A stretch of DNA of 64,000 nucleotides, taken from assembly GCA_031411295.1 (NCBI GenBank), contig JANOAV010000083.1:1-64000 (forward strand). Reading direction: 5' to 3'. This DNA comes from Verrucomicrobiales bacterium. Lineage in GTDB: Bacteria; Verrucomicrobiota; Verrucomicrobiia; Verrucomicrobiales; V1-33. Under the pieces are notes generated by a model, which worked only from the letters and a program-made list of their open reading frames with translations, was not told the origin of the DNA and did no database searches. Positions 46,780 to 55,448 of this stretch are shown one piece after another. Numbering within the stretch: position 1 is the first letter of the stretch; every line of letters begins with the position of its first letter. The position numbers were made by a program, and so were the translations under genes.

Positions 46780-47232
46780 ATGACAACAATCACCATACCC
46801 TTCTCAGGGGGGTGCGCTTGCGGCGCGATCCGCTACGAATCCACAGCCGAACCGGTTATGATGCTTCACTGTCACTGCCGTGATTGCCAACGATCCAGCG
46901 GAGGTCCGTTTTCGTCTTTCGTTATCGTGCCGACGGAAGCTTTCAAGCTCTTGCAAGGCTCACCGCGATTCCATGCCTCGCCCAGTGAGATGGGTGGTAT
47001 GACCCGTCGGGGCTTTTGCACTGACTGTGGTTCGCCGATTGTGGTCAAGCCCGACGCAGTCCCTCAGTCTGTCGCGATCAGAACAGCAAGCTTGGATGAT
47101 CCGAGCTGGTTTAGCCTGCAAGTAGATGTGTGGACATCAGACGCGTATCCGTGGGATCCAATGAATCCCGCGTTGCCAAAATTTGATAGGTATCCTCCGT
47201 CTGGAGATTCAGAAGTCCCGACCGCACCGTAA
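46780..47232 (+). CDS. GFA family (CENP-V-like) protein
   Basis: GGCACGAIRY, CHCRDCQR and RGFCTDCGSP. Confidence 0.92.
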   Translation: MTTITIPFSGGCACGAIRYESTAEPVMMLHCHCRDCQRSSGGPFSSFVIVPTEAFKLLQGSPRFHASPSEMGGMTRRGFCTDCGSPIVVKPDAVPQSVAIRTASLDDPSWFSLQVDVWTSDAYPWDPMNPALPKFDRYPPSGDSEVPTAP

Positions 47233-47271
47233 CAATGTAACAATGTAGCCTAACTGACGGCTCACCAAAGA

Positions 47272-47787
47272 TTGATGGCGACTAACATGCGACGTATGCA
47301 ACGAATCTGGCAAGTAGTCACGACCACGGTGACAGCTCTGCTCCTGGGCACATCCTTCGCGCATGTCCTTGAGTGGCCCGCGAAGCTGAAATACGAGGGC
47401 GCACTCTACGTCCAGCTCCAGACTTCGCTATACGCTCACTGGGGGCCGCCGAGCGTCGGTGGATTCATTGAGCCGACGGCCATCCTCGCCGTGTTTATCC
47501 TGGCGTTGCTCGTCAGTAAAAACGGCGCGGCTTTTCGACTCACCCTGGTTGCAGGCGGTTGCCTGCTGCTGGCTTTTCCCGTGGTCTTCTTCTGGCGCGT
47601 TGCACCGGCCAATGCGGCCTTTTTGCAAGCGACCACCTCGAGCATTCTCCCTCCTGATTGGACTGCGTGGCGAACGCAGTGGGAAACAGGTCATGCATTG
47701 CGGTTTGTCCTCCACGGCATCGCTTTCGTTCTGATTGCCGTCTCGCTCACGGCCCAAGGACGAGAAACTCGGAGAACTGAAGTATGA
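47272..47787 (+). CDS. DUF1772-like membrane protein
   Basis: Four TM helices, AHVLEWPAK, PANA, and PPDWTAWRTQWETGH. Confidence 0.75.
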   Translation: MMATNMRRMQRIWQVVTTTVTALLLGTSFAHVLEWPAKLKYEGALYVQLQTSLYAHWGPPSVGGFIEPTAILAVFILALLVSKNGAAFRLTLVAGGCLLLAFPVVFFWRVAPANAAFLQATTSSILPPDWTAWRTQWETGHALRFVLHGIAFVLIAVSLTAQGRETRRTEV

Positions 47788-47833
47788 CGAAAGTGCTGCC
47801 TCCGCTGCCGCAATCAAACAAAGGAAACTCGAT

Positions 47834-48613
47834 ATGCTACTCAAAGACAAGAACGCAATAATCTACGGAGCAGGCGGCTCGATCGGAGGCGCAGTGGCAC
47901 GCGCCTTTGCCCGCGAGGGGGCGACAGTTTTCCTAGCTGGTCGCACGCTCGCTACGCTGGACAAAATCGCCAAGGAAATCTCCGCTGCCGGAGGCATGGC
48001 TGAGACGGCACAGGTCGATGCTTTCAACGAGCAGTCTGTCGAGAAGCACGCCGCTGCCGTGGTCGCTAAGGCAGGCTGCATTGATGTCACTTTCAATGCC
48101 ATCGACATTGAGGGCAGCATTCAAGGAACGCCGCTTATCGAACTATCGCCTGACGCCATCAGCCAGCCGGTCGGCAATCGTCTGGCGACAAACTTCCTGA
48201 CCGCGCGGACCGCCGCCCGCCACATGATCGAAAAGCGATCGGGCGTGATATTGATGATTACAGCCACGCCAGCCCGAATGGCCTTTCCGATGACTGGAAG
48301 CTTCGGAGTCGAAGGCGCGGCCATCGAAGGCCTCTGCCGCTCCCTCGCGAGCGAACTTTCGCCACAGGGCATTCGTGTCATCTGCTTGCGCTCGGCCGGT
48401 TCGCCCGAATCTTTCCCGGAGACGACTGAGGGCGGAGCCCCGCTCGGCAAGAAGCGCGAAGCCATCGCGGCGGAGCTTGCGGAACTGACGCTACTGAAGC
48501 GAACGCCGACCCTTCTGGAAGTGGGGAATGTCGCAGCCTTCATGGCATCGGATTACGCCAGCCCGATGACGGCAACCGTCGCCAACATCTCCTGCGGCAC
48601 GATCGTGGACTGA
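47834..48613 (+). CDS. short-chain dehydrogenase/reductase (atypical)
   Basis: AIIYGAGGSIG Rossmann motif, LASELSPQGIRV and AAFMASD. The YxxxK catalytic motif is absent. Confidence 0.88.
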   Translation: MLLKDKNAIIYGAGGSIGGAVARAFAREGATVFLAGRTLATLDKIAKEISAAGGMAETAQVDAFNEQSVEKHAAAVVAKAGCIDVTFNAIDIEGSIQGTPLIELSPDAISQPVGNRLATNFLTARTAARHMIEKRSGVILMITATPARMAFPMTGSFGVEGAAIEGLCRSLASELSPQGIRVICLRSAGSPESFPETTEGGAPLGKKREAIAAELAELTLLKRTPTLLEVGNVAAFMASDYASPMTATVANISCGTIVD

Positions 48614-48745
48614 CTCCTATGCCGACACCATCCACACTGGCTTAACCAACAAATACAAACCCACATGAAAAAGAAATCCAACACGCCAAGCAGCGCCTAG
48701 AAGACTTCGGACAAATCATCTAAACCGAGCGCGGCGGGGCAATTC

Positions 48746-49012
48746 ATGATGCTAATGATCCCCGCCGTTTACCAAGGCGGTAAAAAAGTGGACCCGGGCT
48801 TTGAACCCGATCCGAAAAAAATGGAGGAAATGGGCAATTTCAATGAGGCATTGGGCAAAGCCGTTAAAATCATTTCACTCAACGGCCTGCATCCCCTGGC
48901 CACCGGCGCGCGCGTCGCTATCGGCAAAGGCAAACCGACCGTGACCGACGGCCCCGACATTGAAGCCAAGGAAGTGCTCGGCGGCTATTGGACCACAACG
49001 TTCAGATCATGA
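48746..49012 (+). pseudogene. 5' fragment of a YciI (DGPF-domain) gene
   Basis: GLHPLATGARV...VTDGPDIEAKEVLGGYW, then truncation. Confidence 0.75.
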
Positions 49013-49109
49013 ATATCGCATTAAAAGACACAGGCGCGGGCGATGTCTGTGACGAAAATTCGAAAATTTTCATGGCATTTGCTATTGGGCAGGGGGCGTT
49101 GCAGACTTC

Positions 49110-49540
49110 TTATGCGCCATCGGCGGCGCGTTCTAGCTCGCTAATGTTGATTTTGATCATCTTTGTCATCGCTTCCATTGCGCGCGCCCCAGCGGTCCTT
49201 GAGCCAACCACAGCCAACCTCCGAGCCGCCATTGGAGCTAGTGCCGCCCAGAGTCGGTCTATCTCGGCTTGGTCTGCGCAGGCGATCATGAACGAAACCG
49301 CCTCAGTGAACGAGAATCCGGGTGTGTTTGGGTGGCCAGCGCCCCCACCGACGTCGTGCCAGCACTCACTAGGACGGCGGTCATGAGACATAGCGGGCAC
49401 ATGCGTTTTATGGTCGCTCCTATTTTTGGTCTCGAAATCGGCCTCGTCCCAAATCTGGCGGATTCCGATCACGTCGCCCGGGTCCGCAGGGCAGCTTTGC
49501 GCCCATTTCACGAGTTCTTCTTTCGAGTTGGCCTCGACGT
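49110..49540 (-). pseudogene. inverted remnants: YciI C-terminus followed by an internally deleted VOC/PhnB-like gene
   Basis: EANSKEELVKWAQSCP...IRQIWDEADF (YciI end) and FSFTEAVSFMIACADQAEIDRLWAAL...RAMEAMTKMIKINISELERA (VOC end). Confidence 0.7.
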
Positions 49541-49626
49541 GTGGCACCCAGAGCGAAGGGTGGAAAGTCGATATGTGGTGGCGCGCCACCCTTACTCAAT
49601 CCCAACCCACAACAAAGAAAAATAAC

Positions 49627-49860
49627 ATGCAATTCACGATGCTGATAATCCCCGTTTATCACGGCGGAAAAAGCGTAAACGCTGAGTTCATGCCCGATCC
49701 GAAAAAATGGAAGCGATGGGCCAGTTCAATGAGGCACTGGGCAAGGCCGTTAAAATCCTCTCGGTGGACGGCCTGCGTCAGTAGTGCGTCAGTTGTGCGT
49801 CGGCGTGCGGGTCCCCTTCGGCCAAGGCCAAGGCAAGCACAGCGCGGCCCTGGGTCGATA
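49627..49860 (+). pseudogene. second frameshifted 5' YciI fragment
   Basis: DNA similar to 48740-48890 (CCCGATCCGAAAAAA...TTCAATGAGGCA-TGGGCAA-GCCGTTAAAATC) with one A fewer in the A-run. Confidence 0.72.
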
Positions 49861-49893
49861 TCGAGCACAAATTAGCCCGCGGTCCCTACCGAA

Positions 49894-50094
49894 TCATTTC
49901 GCGCGGGCTCGCAGCACCAACCAGATCCCGAGGGACACCCCCACCGCAGCCATGGCCACTAGAGCGTAGTTTTGGGTGCGCTGGGTGAAGGCTTGGACAT
50001 CTACTTTTAATGCCGCCGCTTCTTGCAGTAAATGGAAACGTTGACGCTCGCACTCTGCGATGAGGGCCTCCTTCCTGGAGCTTGGTGCCATCAT
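49894..50094 (-). CDS. YqjK-like small membrane protein
   Basis: MMAPSSRKEALIAECERQR...TM; ATGA overlap with the upstream YqjE-like gene. Confidence 0.7.
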   Translation of the reverse strand: MMAPSSRKEALIAECERQRFHLLQEAAALKVDVQAFTQRTQNYALVAMAAVGVSLGIWLVLRARAK

Positions 50095-50480
50095 GAGATG
50101 AAGGAGGTCAGGGCCGCCCGATCTTTGCCAAATTGGCTGCGGGTGGCGTTGAACGCTGGGATATTCTGCGCTGCAGCGGACAGGCGTTTCCAGAGGAAGA
50201 ATCCACTCATCAGGTAAATCACAGTTAGGGTAATCAATGCCGCAATGGGAGCCACTTCCCAGAACAGCACCACCACGAGTGCGGTTAGCGTCATGCAGGC
50301 CAGCAAACCACAGAGGATAATTCCGCAAGCCAGAAAAACTAACTGCAGGAAACACTTACGCGCTTCCTGCAGTTCCAGCATTATCAGCTCAATCCGATTG
50401 GCTCCGATGGGCAGCAGCCTCCGGGCCAATTGCTTGGTCGTGGATACGAGCTGTTTCATGCTGACGGGGGAGGTGTCCAT
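50091..50480 (-). CDS. YqjE / phage-holin-like (DUF1469) membrane protein
   Basis: NRIELIMLELQEAR, two TM helices, and F-ATRSQFGKDR. Confidence 0.85.
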   Translation of the reverse strand: MDTSPVSMKQLVSTTKQLARRLLPIGANRIELIMLELQEARKCFLQLVFLACGIILCGLLACMTLTALVVVLFWEVAPIAALITLTVIYLMSGFFLWKRLSAAAQNIPAFNATRSQFGKDRAALTSFIS

Positions 50481-50490
50481 CTTTAGTCCG

Positions 50491-50835
50491 TTAGTCACGA
50501 CGATAGGTGCACAGGCGGGTCGCCACGACAATCAGTGCCCCGACGCCGATGGCGATGCCGAGGACCTGGTAGGGATGGGCGCGGGCGCTGTCACAAGCGG
50601 ACTTGGCACTGCGCAGGGCGCTGTCACGCGCATGGCTGGCCATGTCCTTGCCGCTTTCCAAGGCGCTGGACAGGCTTTTGCGGGCCTCGGCAACTTTGTC
50701 TCCCGCAACATCGGCGGTGGCGGAAAGGAGCTCGCGAGCATGGTCCGCGAGTGATTTGAGATCGTTACCGATGGCTTGAGTGGATAGGTTCATGGTGTTA
50801 GGTGGGGTTGGAGTTGGAGTTGGGTTTTGGTTCAT
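50491..50835 (-). CDS. DUF883/ElaB/YqjD-family protein
   Basis: DLKSLADHARELLSATAD...ARAHPYQVLGIAIGVGAL. An alternative start is at 50793. Confidence 0.88.
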   Translation of the reverse strand: MNQNPTPTPTPPNTMNLSTQAIGNDLKSLADHARELLSATADVAGDKVAEARKSLSSALESGKDMASHARDSALRSAKSACDSARAHPYQVLGIAIGVGALIVVATRLCTYRRD

Positions 50836-50863
50836 GGTGAAATTGGGTTTTGGTAAGCAGGTG

Positions 50864-51379
50864 TTAAACCGTGACATAGCCGTAAGCATCAAGCGCTGAT
50901 GCAACGGGCGGACGGGTGGCGGTGTAAACATTGCGCGCCTGGGCCGCACTGATGATTTCTTCACCCCGTGCGGCCTCGTTGGCTGCGTAGGGATGAATGG
51001 CTAAGAAAATTTGCCCCGCTTTGATTTTGTGGGCAAATTCGCTGGCCTCAGGGGACGGCAAGCCCAAGGTGATCAATCCGTCGGTAATGGTGTCGGGGCC
51101 GGACGTGTGCACCGTTTTGTGCATGGCCTCCTTGATGGGGCCTCCGGCAATGAATTGACCTACTCCGGGAATCGGCAGCGCACCCACCTCAGCAATCCAG
51201 CCGAGCGGCCCCCCGAGCAAGTTGTTGGAGTTGGCAGCCTTGGCTCTGCGCCGGTTGGTTTGATCTTGAAAGAGCACCGAAATGTCGTTCTTGAAAAAAT
51301 AACAGTCCCGCAGTTGCTGCACCATTTGATTCGCAGAATCATGGGAGGGAGCGATGCAAAAAACAGTATGTGGTGACAT
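50864..51379 (-). CDS. general-stress-protein-like (possibly internally deleted)
   Basis: VFCIA, DISVLF, GALPIPGVGQFIAGGPI and LITLGLP-EA...IKAGQIFL. The usual Gly-zipper segment appears shortened. Confidence 0.7.
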   Translation of the reverse strand: MSPHTVFCIAPSHDSANQMVQQLRDCYFFKNDISVLFQDQTNRRRAKAANSNNLLGGPLGWIAEVGALPIPGVGQFIAGGPIKEAMHKTVHTSGPDTITDGLITLGLPSPEASEFAHKIKAGQIFLAIHPYAANEAARGEEIISAAQARNVYTATRPPVASALDAYGYVTV

Positions 51380-51425
51380 GGAGTGAGGATGTAAAAGGTG
51401 AATCTAATGGGCTGGGAAGCCCAGT

Positions 51426-51467
51426 GCCGTGGCAGGTGTGCAGGGGGGGAAATGCGCCTGCCACGGC
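51426..51467. terminator. GC-rich intergenic hairpin
   Basis: GCCGTGGCAGG ... CCTGCCACGGC arms downstream of the DUF4142 gene. Confidence 0.5.
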
Positions 51468-51545
51468 CAAGCCTAGGTCGGACATGAGGCTTGCTTTTGG
51501 GGGAAGTTCGGGAGGGCGGATCGTTGCGGATTCACCCTTGTGAAC

Positions 51546-52064
51546 TCATTTAGGAGCCAAGGCCTCGGCCTTTTCCAAGTGGGCTTTGAGGACGGGAATC
51601 ATCGTGCCGACCCATTTCTTGAGATCTGCATCCTTGGTAGATTTTTCGGTGTCTTCGAAATTGCTAATGCACTTCTTATGACCGCTGACGATTTCGGCCA
51701 GGAAAGCCTTATCGAAGTCATCACCGCCCCGCTGTTCCAGCTTCTGGATGGTCTCCGCATGGCCTGGGTCCAGCACGGCGGATAGTTCCACTCCCTTGGT
51801 TTTCGCCAGGGCTGCGAGTTGTGCATTGGCACCAGTATGATCAGTCACCAACATTTCTGCAAAAGTTTTGATGTCGGTGTTCTTGGCTTTCTTGACGCCT
51901 AGGTCGGCAATCTTAACCACGGCCATGCCGGCGGCGGCTTCATGTTTGACGAATTTCACATCACTGGCTGGCAGGGTATCCTTGTCGGAAGCTGTAGCGG
52001 TGGAACAAAGGGCGATCATCGCACACGACAGCGTGGCCAGAAAAGTTAAACGGGATAATTTCAT
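51546..52064 (-). CDS. DUF4142 secreted ferritin-like protein
   Basis: Signal peptide, D-KFVKH-AA-GMA-V, FAEMLVTDH, FDKAFL, and P-LKAHLEKA. Confidence 0.92.
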   Translation of the reverse strand: MKLSRLTFLATLSCAMIALCSTATASDKDTLPASDVKFVKHEAAAGMAVVKIADLGVKKAKNTDIKTFAEMLVTDHTGANAQLAALAKTKGVELSAVLDPGHAETIQKLEQRGGDDFDKAFLAEIVSGHKKCISNFEDTEKSTKDADLKKWVGTMIPVLKAHLEKAEALAPK

Positions 52065-52164
52065 GATTGTATGTTTTTTGGGTTTTTTGCTATTCAATAG
52101 GTTCACTAGCCGATGGCCATTGATCGAATAAGCCTCACGCTACAGCATCGGCGTGGGCTATTCC

Positions 52165-52181
52165 ATGGGGTGAAACCCTCT
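52165..52181 (-). promoter_or_regulatory. 17-bp regulon box 13
   Basis: AGAGGGTTTCACCCCAT, N22, TAGCGT (52137-52142), upstream of the DUF4142 gene. Confidence 0.83.
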
Positions 52182-52201
52182 CTTTACTTGGCTTTTGAAA
52201 G

Positions 52202-52218
52202 GTGGGGTTTTACCCCAT
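52202..52218 (+). promoter_or_regulatory. 17-bp regulon box 14 (in front of the two-component locus)
   Basis: GTGGGGTTTTACCCCAT (near-perfect palindrome), N22, GATATT (52241-52246). Confidence 0.87.
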
Positions 52219-52280
52219 GGCGCATTCACTTGAGGCCTCTGATATTTCTTTCCATTGAATCCCCCATTTGAAATCAGCTC

Positions 52281-53003
52281 ATGAACTCAACCAAACTTGC
52301 TACTTGGTCAGGGGACTACCGCACCGCACTGCAACAGTTCCTGCAACAGTCCCAACCTCCCGTTCCAGCCCAGGCGCTGGAGCTGGGGAGCCGTGCGGCA
52401 GCGCTGGAGCTGGACACCCTGATCATGGCGAAACTCCACGACAATGCTTTGGCCTTTCTGCTGCCATCTGGAATGACCACAGAGCAACGGTTAAAATTGA
52501 CTGAGCTTGCTGCGGTGTTTTTCCGGGAGACGCTCAGCCCTGTCGAGCAAACCCATCCGGCCGCCAAGGAAAGGCAGGCCGATTTAAACGAACTCCATGA
52601 AATTTTGGAGCAGCGCACGGCGGATCTCGCGGAAGCAAACCGTGCCTTGAAGGAGCAAACTGCCGAACGCCTCGCAGCCACCGACACCTTGAATCAAAAA
52701 AACCGGGAATCCAGTCAGCTCTTAACTGACTCTCGACTGCTGGAGGAGCAACTCCAGACCATGGCCAGGCAAATTCTCTCGGCCAATGAGGCTGAGCGCA
52801 AAAACATGAGCTTGCGCCTCAACGATGAACTGGCCCAAACTTTACTGGGTATTAACATGCGCATGTTGGCTTTAAAGAAGACGGTTACCCTGAACCAAGA
52901 TAATCTGAACAAAGACATCGCTATTATTCAGCGCCTCGTCGAAGGTTCCGTAAAATTAATCAAGCAGCTCGCCCATGAATTTAGCGCCCCACCAGCCCGA
53001 TAA
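52281..53003 (+). CDS. pseudokinase: RsbU_N-like domain, coiled coil and degenerate HisKA_3, no ATPase domain
   Basis: Paralogous to the next gene. The H-box reads RLNDELAQTL (Asn for His, AAC at 52821-52823) and the protein ends before the HATPase domain. Confidence 0.82.
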   Translation: MNSTKLATWSGDYRTALQQFLQQSQPPVPAQALELGSRAAALELDTLIMAKLHDNALAFLLPSGMTTEQRLKLTELAAVFFRETLSPVEQTHPAAKERQADLNELHEILEQRTADLAEANRALKEQTAERLAATDTLNQKNRESSQLLTDSRLLEEQLQTMARQILSANEAERKNMSLRLNDELAQTLLGINMRMLALKKTVTLNQDNLNKDIAIIQRLVEGSVKLIKQLAHEFSAPPAR

Positions 53004-54177
53004 ACGCTCCAAACTCTCACTGTGTTACCAGGCGGCGTTGCAGGCTTATCTTGCCAGCGATCCTCAGGGCGACTTGGAAACTGCCAGGCATTTGGGACGG
53101 CAGGCGGTCGTGCTGGAGCTTGACACACTGGACTTGGCGAGAATTCACGAGATCGCTGTGCTAACCGTAGCCACGATCGCGGATGGAGCTCGGGGGACGG
53201 TCTTGGGCGCGGCCGCCCTGAGCAAATCGATCCTTGGACGGGCTGGGATCTTCTTCGCGGAGGCGCTGACGCCCATCGAGCAGACGCATCGAGGCGCCAG
53301 GGAAGCGAACCTCCATTTGAATCAAATCGTGAAGGCCCTGAGCCATCGGACGTTGGAACTAGCAGCTTCCAACGAGGAACTGCGGGTTGAAAATTTGCTG
53401 CGCAAGGAGATCGAGGATTCCCTCCGCGCCAGCGAGAAGGGAGCTGCCTCCTTACTAGCGCAATCGCTCACCATGCAGGAGGAACTTCGTCTGCTTTCGC
53501 GGCAACTGCTCTGCATTCAGGAAGAGGAACGTCGCAGAATCAGTCGGGAATTGCATGATGTTATTGCCCAGACGCTCACCGGAATCACGGTGCAACTCGC
53601 CACCCTCAAGACCAACTCCAATGCGAGCACCCAGGAGCTTCAGCAAAAGATTGCCCTAACCCAGCGCACAGTGGAGCAATCCGTCGATATCGTCCATCGC
53701 TTCGCTCGAGAATTAAGGCCCTCCGTGTTGGATGATCTGGGCCTCGTCCCCGCCTTGCAATCCTATTTGAAGACCTATTTGGAGGAAACCGGCATCCGGG
53801 TCAGCCTGGCCACGTTTGCTAAGATTGAGGAATGTGACAATGATCAGCGCACCGCGCTCTACCGCGTGGCTCAGGAGGCGCTCACGAACATTACGCGCCA
53901 TGCCAAAGCGACGACCGTTGCCATCAAGATCAGCCGGGATGAAACTTGTATTACCATGACCATTACCGATGATGGCAAGGGGTTTGCCCTCCAGGACAAC
54001 GGGTGCGCCAAGCCAAGCAACCGCCTCGGTTTACTTGGGATGAGGGAACGCATCGAAATGATCGGCGGCTCATTTTTCATTCAATCCACGTTGGAGGAGG
54101 GGACTACCGTCACGGTCGCCATCCCAACGGCTCCCTGCTCACACCCGCACCAATTACCTACCCAACCTAGCCTATGA
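52975..54177 (+). CDS. soluble HisKA_3 (NarX/UhpB-type) sensor kinase with RsbU_N-like N-terminus
   Basis: ERRRISRELHDVIAQ, LRPSVLDDLGL, QEALTNITRHA, DDGKGF and GLLGMRER. No TM helix. Confidence 0.93.
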   Translation: MNLAPHQPDKRSKLSLCYQAALQAYLASDPQGDLETARHLGRQAVVLELDTLDLARIHEIAVLTVATIADGARGTVLGAAALSKSILGRAGIFFAEALTPIEQTHRGAREANLHLNQIVKALSHRTLELAASNEELRVENLLRKEIEDSLRASEKGAASLLAQSLTMQEELRLLSRQLLCIQEEERRRISRELHDVIAQTLTGITVQLATLKTNSNASTQELQQKIALTQRTVEQSVDIVHRFARELRPSVLDDLGLVPALQSYLKTYLEETGIRVSLATFAKIEECDNDQRTALYRVAQEALTNITRHAKATTVAIKISRDETCITMTITDDGKGFALQDNGCAKPSNRLGLLGMRERIEMIGGSFFIQSTLEEGTTVTVAIPTAPCSHPHQLPTQPSL

Positions 54178-54587
54178 ACCCCATTACGATTGTCCTAGCA
54201 GAAGACCACCCGGACATCCGCAGTGGCTTGCAGGCCTTGTTGGAGGCGGAATCAGACTTCGCGCTCGTCGGCTCGGCGGAGAATGGCCGACAAGCGGTCG
54301 CCCTCGCCAGCAAACTGTGCCCTGATGTGGTGCTGATGGACATTGCCATGCCGTTACTGAACGGACTGGAAGCCGCCCGGCTCATTTTAGAGACGACTCC
54401 TTCCACCAAGATCCTCATGCTCTCTGCGCATGATGAGGATGCCTACATCGAGCATGCGCTGGCATTAGGGGCAGCCGGTTACGTCGTCAAAAAATCTGCG
54501 GCGGAACTCCTCCCCAACGCGATTCGCAACGTCCACCAAGGTGACGCCTTACCGAGACCCATCTCCACCACCATCAACCATGAGTGA
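54174..54587 (+). CDS. receiver-only NarL-type response regulator
   Basis: LAEDH, LMDIAMP, LSA and VKK are retained. The protein stops before the HTH domain. Confidence 0.88.
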   Translation: MNPITIVLAEDHPDIRSGLQALLEAESDFALVGSAENGRQAVALASKLCPDVVLMDIAMPLLNGLEAARLILETTPSTKILMLSAHDEDAYIEHALALGAAGYVVKKSAAELLPNAIRNVHQGDALPRPISTTINHE

Positions 54588-55260
54588 TATTACAATTCTA
54601 TTAGCCGAAGATCACCAAATCGTTCGGGAGGGGCTCCGGGCATTGCTCAATTTGGAATCGGATCTTCAAGTTGTGGGGGAGGCTGAGAACGGTCGGCAAG
54701 CAGTGGCGCTCGCCCGCCAACTCCGACCGGACGTCGTCGTCATGGACATTGCCATGCCACTGCTCAATGGATTGGAGGCTACGCGCCAGATCCTGCACGC
54801 CGCCCCTGCCACGAGGATTCTCATTCTGTCAGCCCATGGCGATGATGGCTATGTAGAGAAAGTCATGGCACTAGGCGCAGCGGGATATTTGATCAAGCAG
54901 ACGGCTGCCAGCGTGCTGCCTAATGCGATTCGTGAGGTGCACCGAGGGAAGCGCTTCTACAGCCCCAGCATTTCAAGTCGTCGCTTCCACCATCAACGCA
55001 AAGCCAAAGCGCAAGGGGATCTCCCCAAGGCTGGAGCAGGAGTGCTGACGGCTCGGGAAATGGAAGTGTTGCAACTAGTTGCTGAGGGCAAAGCGAATAA
55101 GGAAACGGCGGACGAACTCAAGATCAGTATTAAAACCGTTGAGAAGCACCGCCAGAAAGTAATGGAGAAACTCAATATCCACGACACTGCCAGCCTAACG
55201 CGCTACGCCATTGCCGCCGGGGTCATTGAAAGTAGCGTCCATATCACCATTCTCGAATAA
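54580..55260 (+). CDS. NarL/LuxR-family DNA-binding response regulator
   Basis: REC domain plus LTAREMEVLQLVAEGKANKETADELKISIKTVEKHRQKVMEKL. Confidence 0.95.
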   Translation: MSDITILLAEDHQIVREGLRALLNLESDLQVVGEAENGRQAVALARQLRPDVVVMDIAMPLLNGLEATRQILHAAPATRILILSAHGDDGYVEKVMALGAAGYLIKQTAASVLPNAIREVHRGKRFYSPSISSRRFHHQRKAKAQGDLPKAGAGVLTAREMEVLQLVAEGKANKETADELKISIKTVEKHRQKVMEKLNIHDTASLTRYAIAAGVIESSVHITILE

Positions 55261-55448
55261 AACCCGCATTCTACGCGCTCGCACGCATTCCTCCTCGCTT
55301 AGATTCTGGTCCGGGAGCATGGGGCAAAATCAATTTCAAATCGTTACCAACCCATTACTCCCTATCCATCATCAATAATCCCACTCCCGTTAGCCCAAGA
55401 GGTGATCCCTCCAAACCGTTGTCCCCCGACGCGCCTCCCTTCGGCGGC

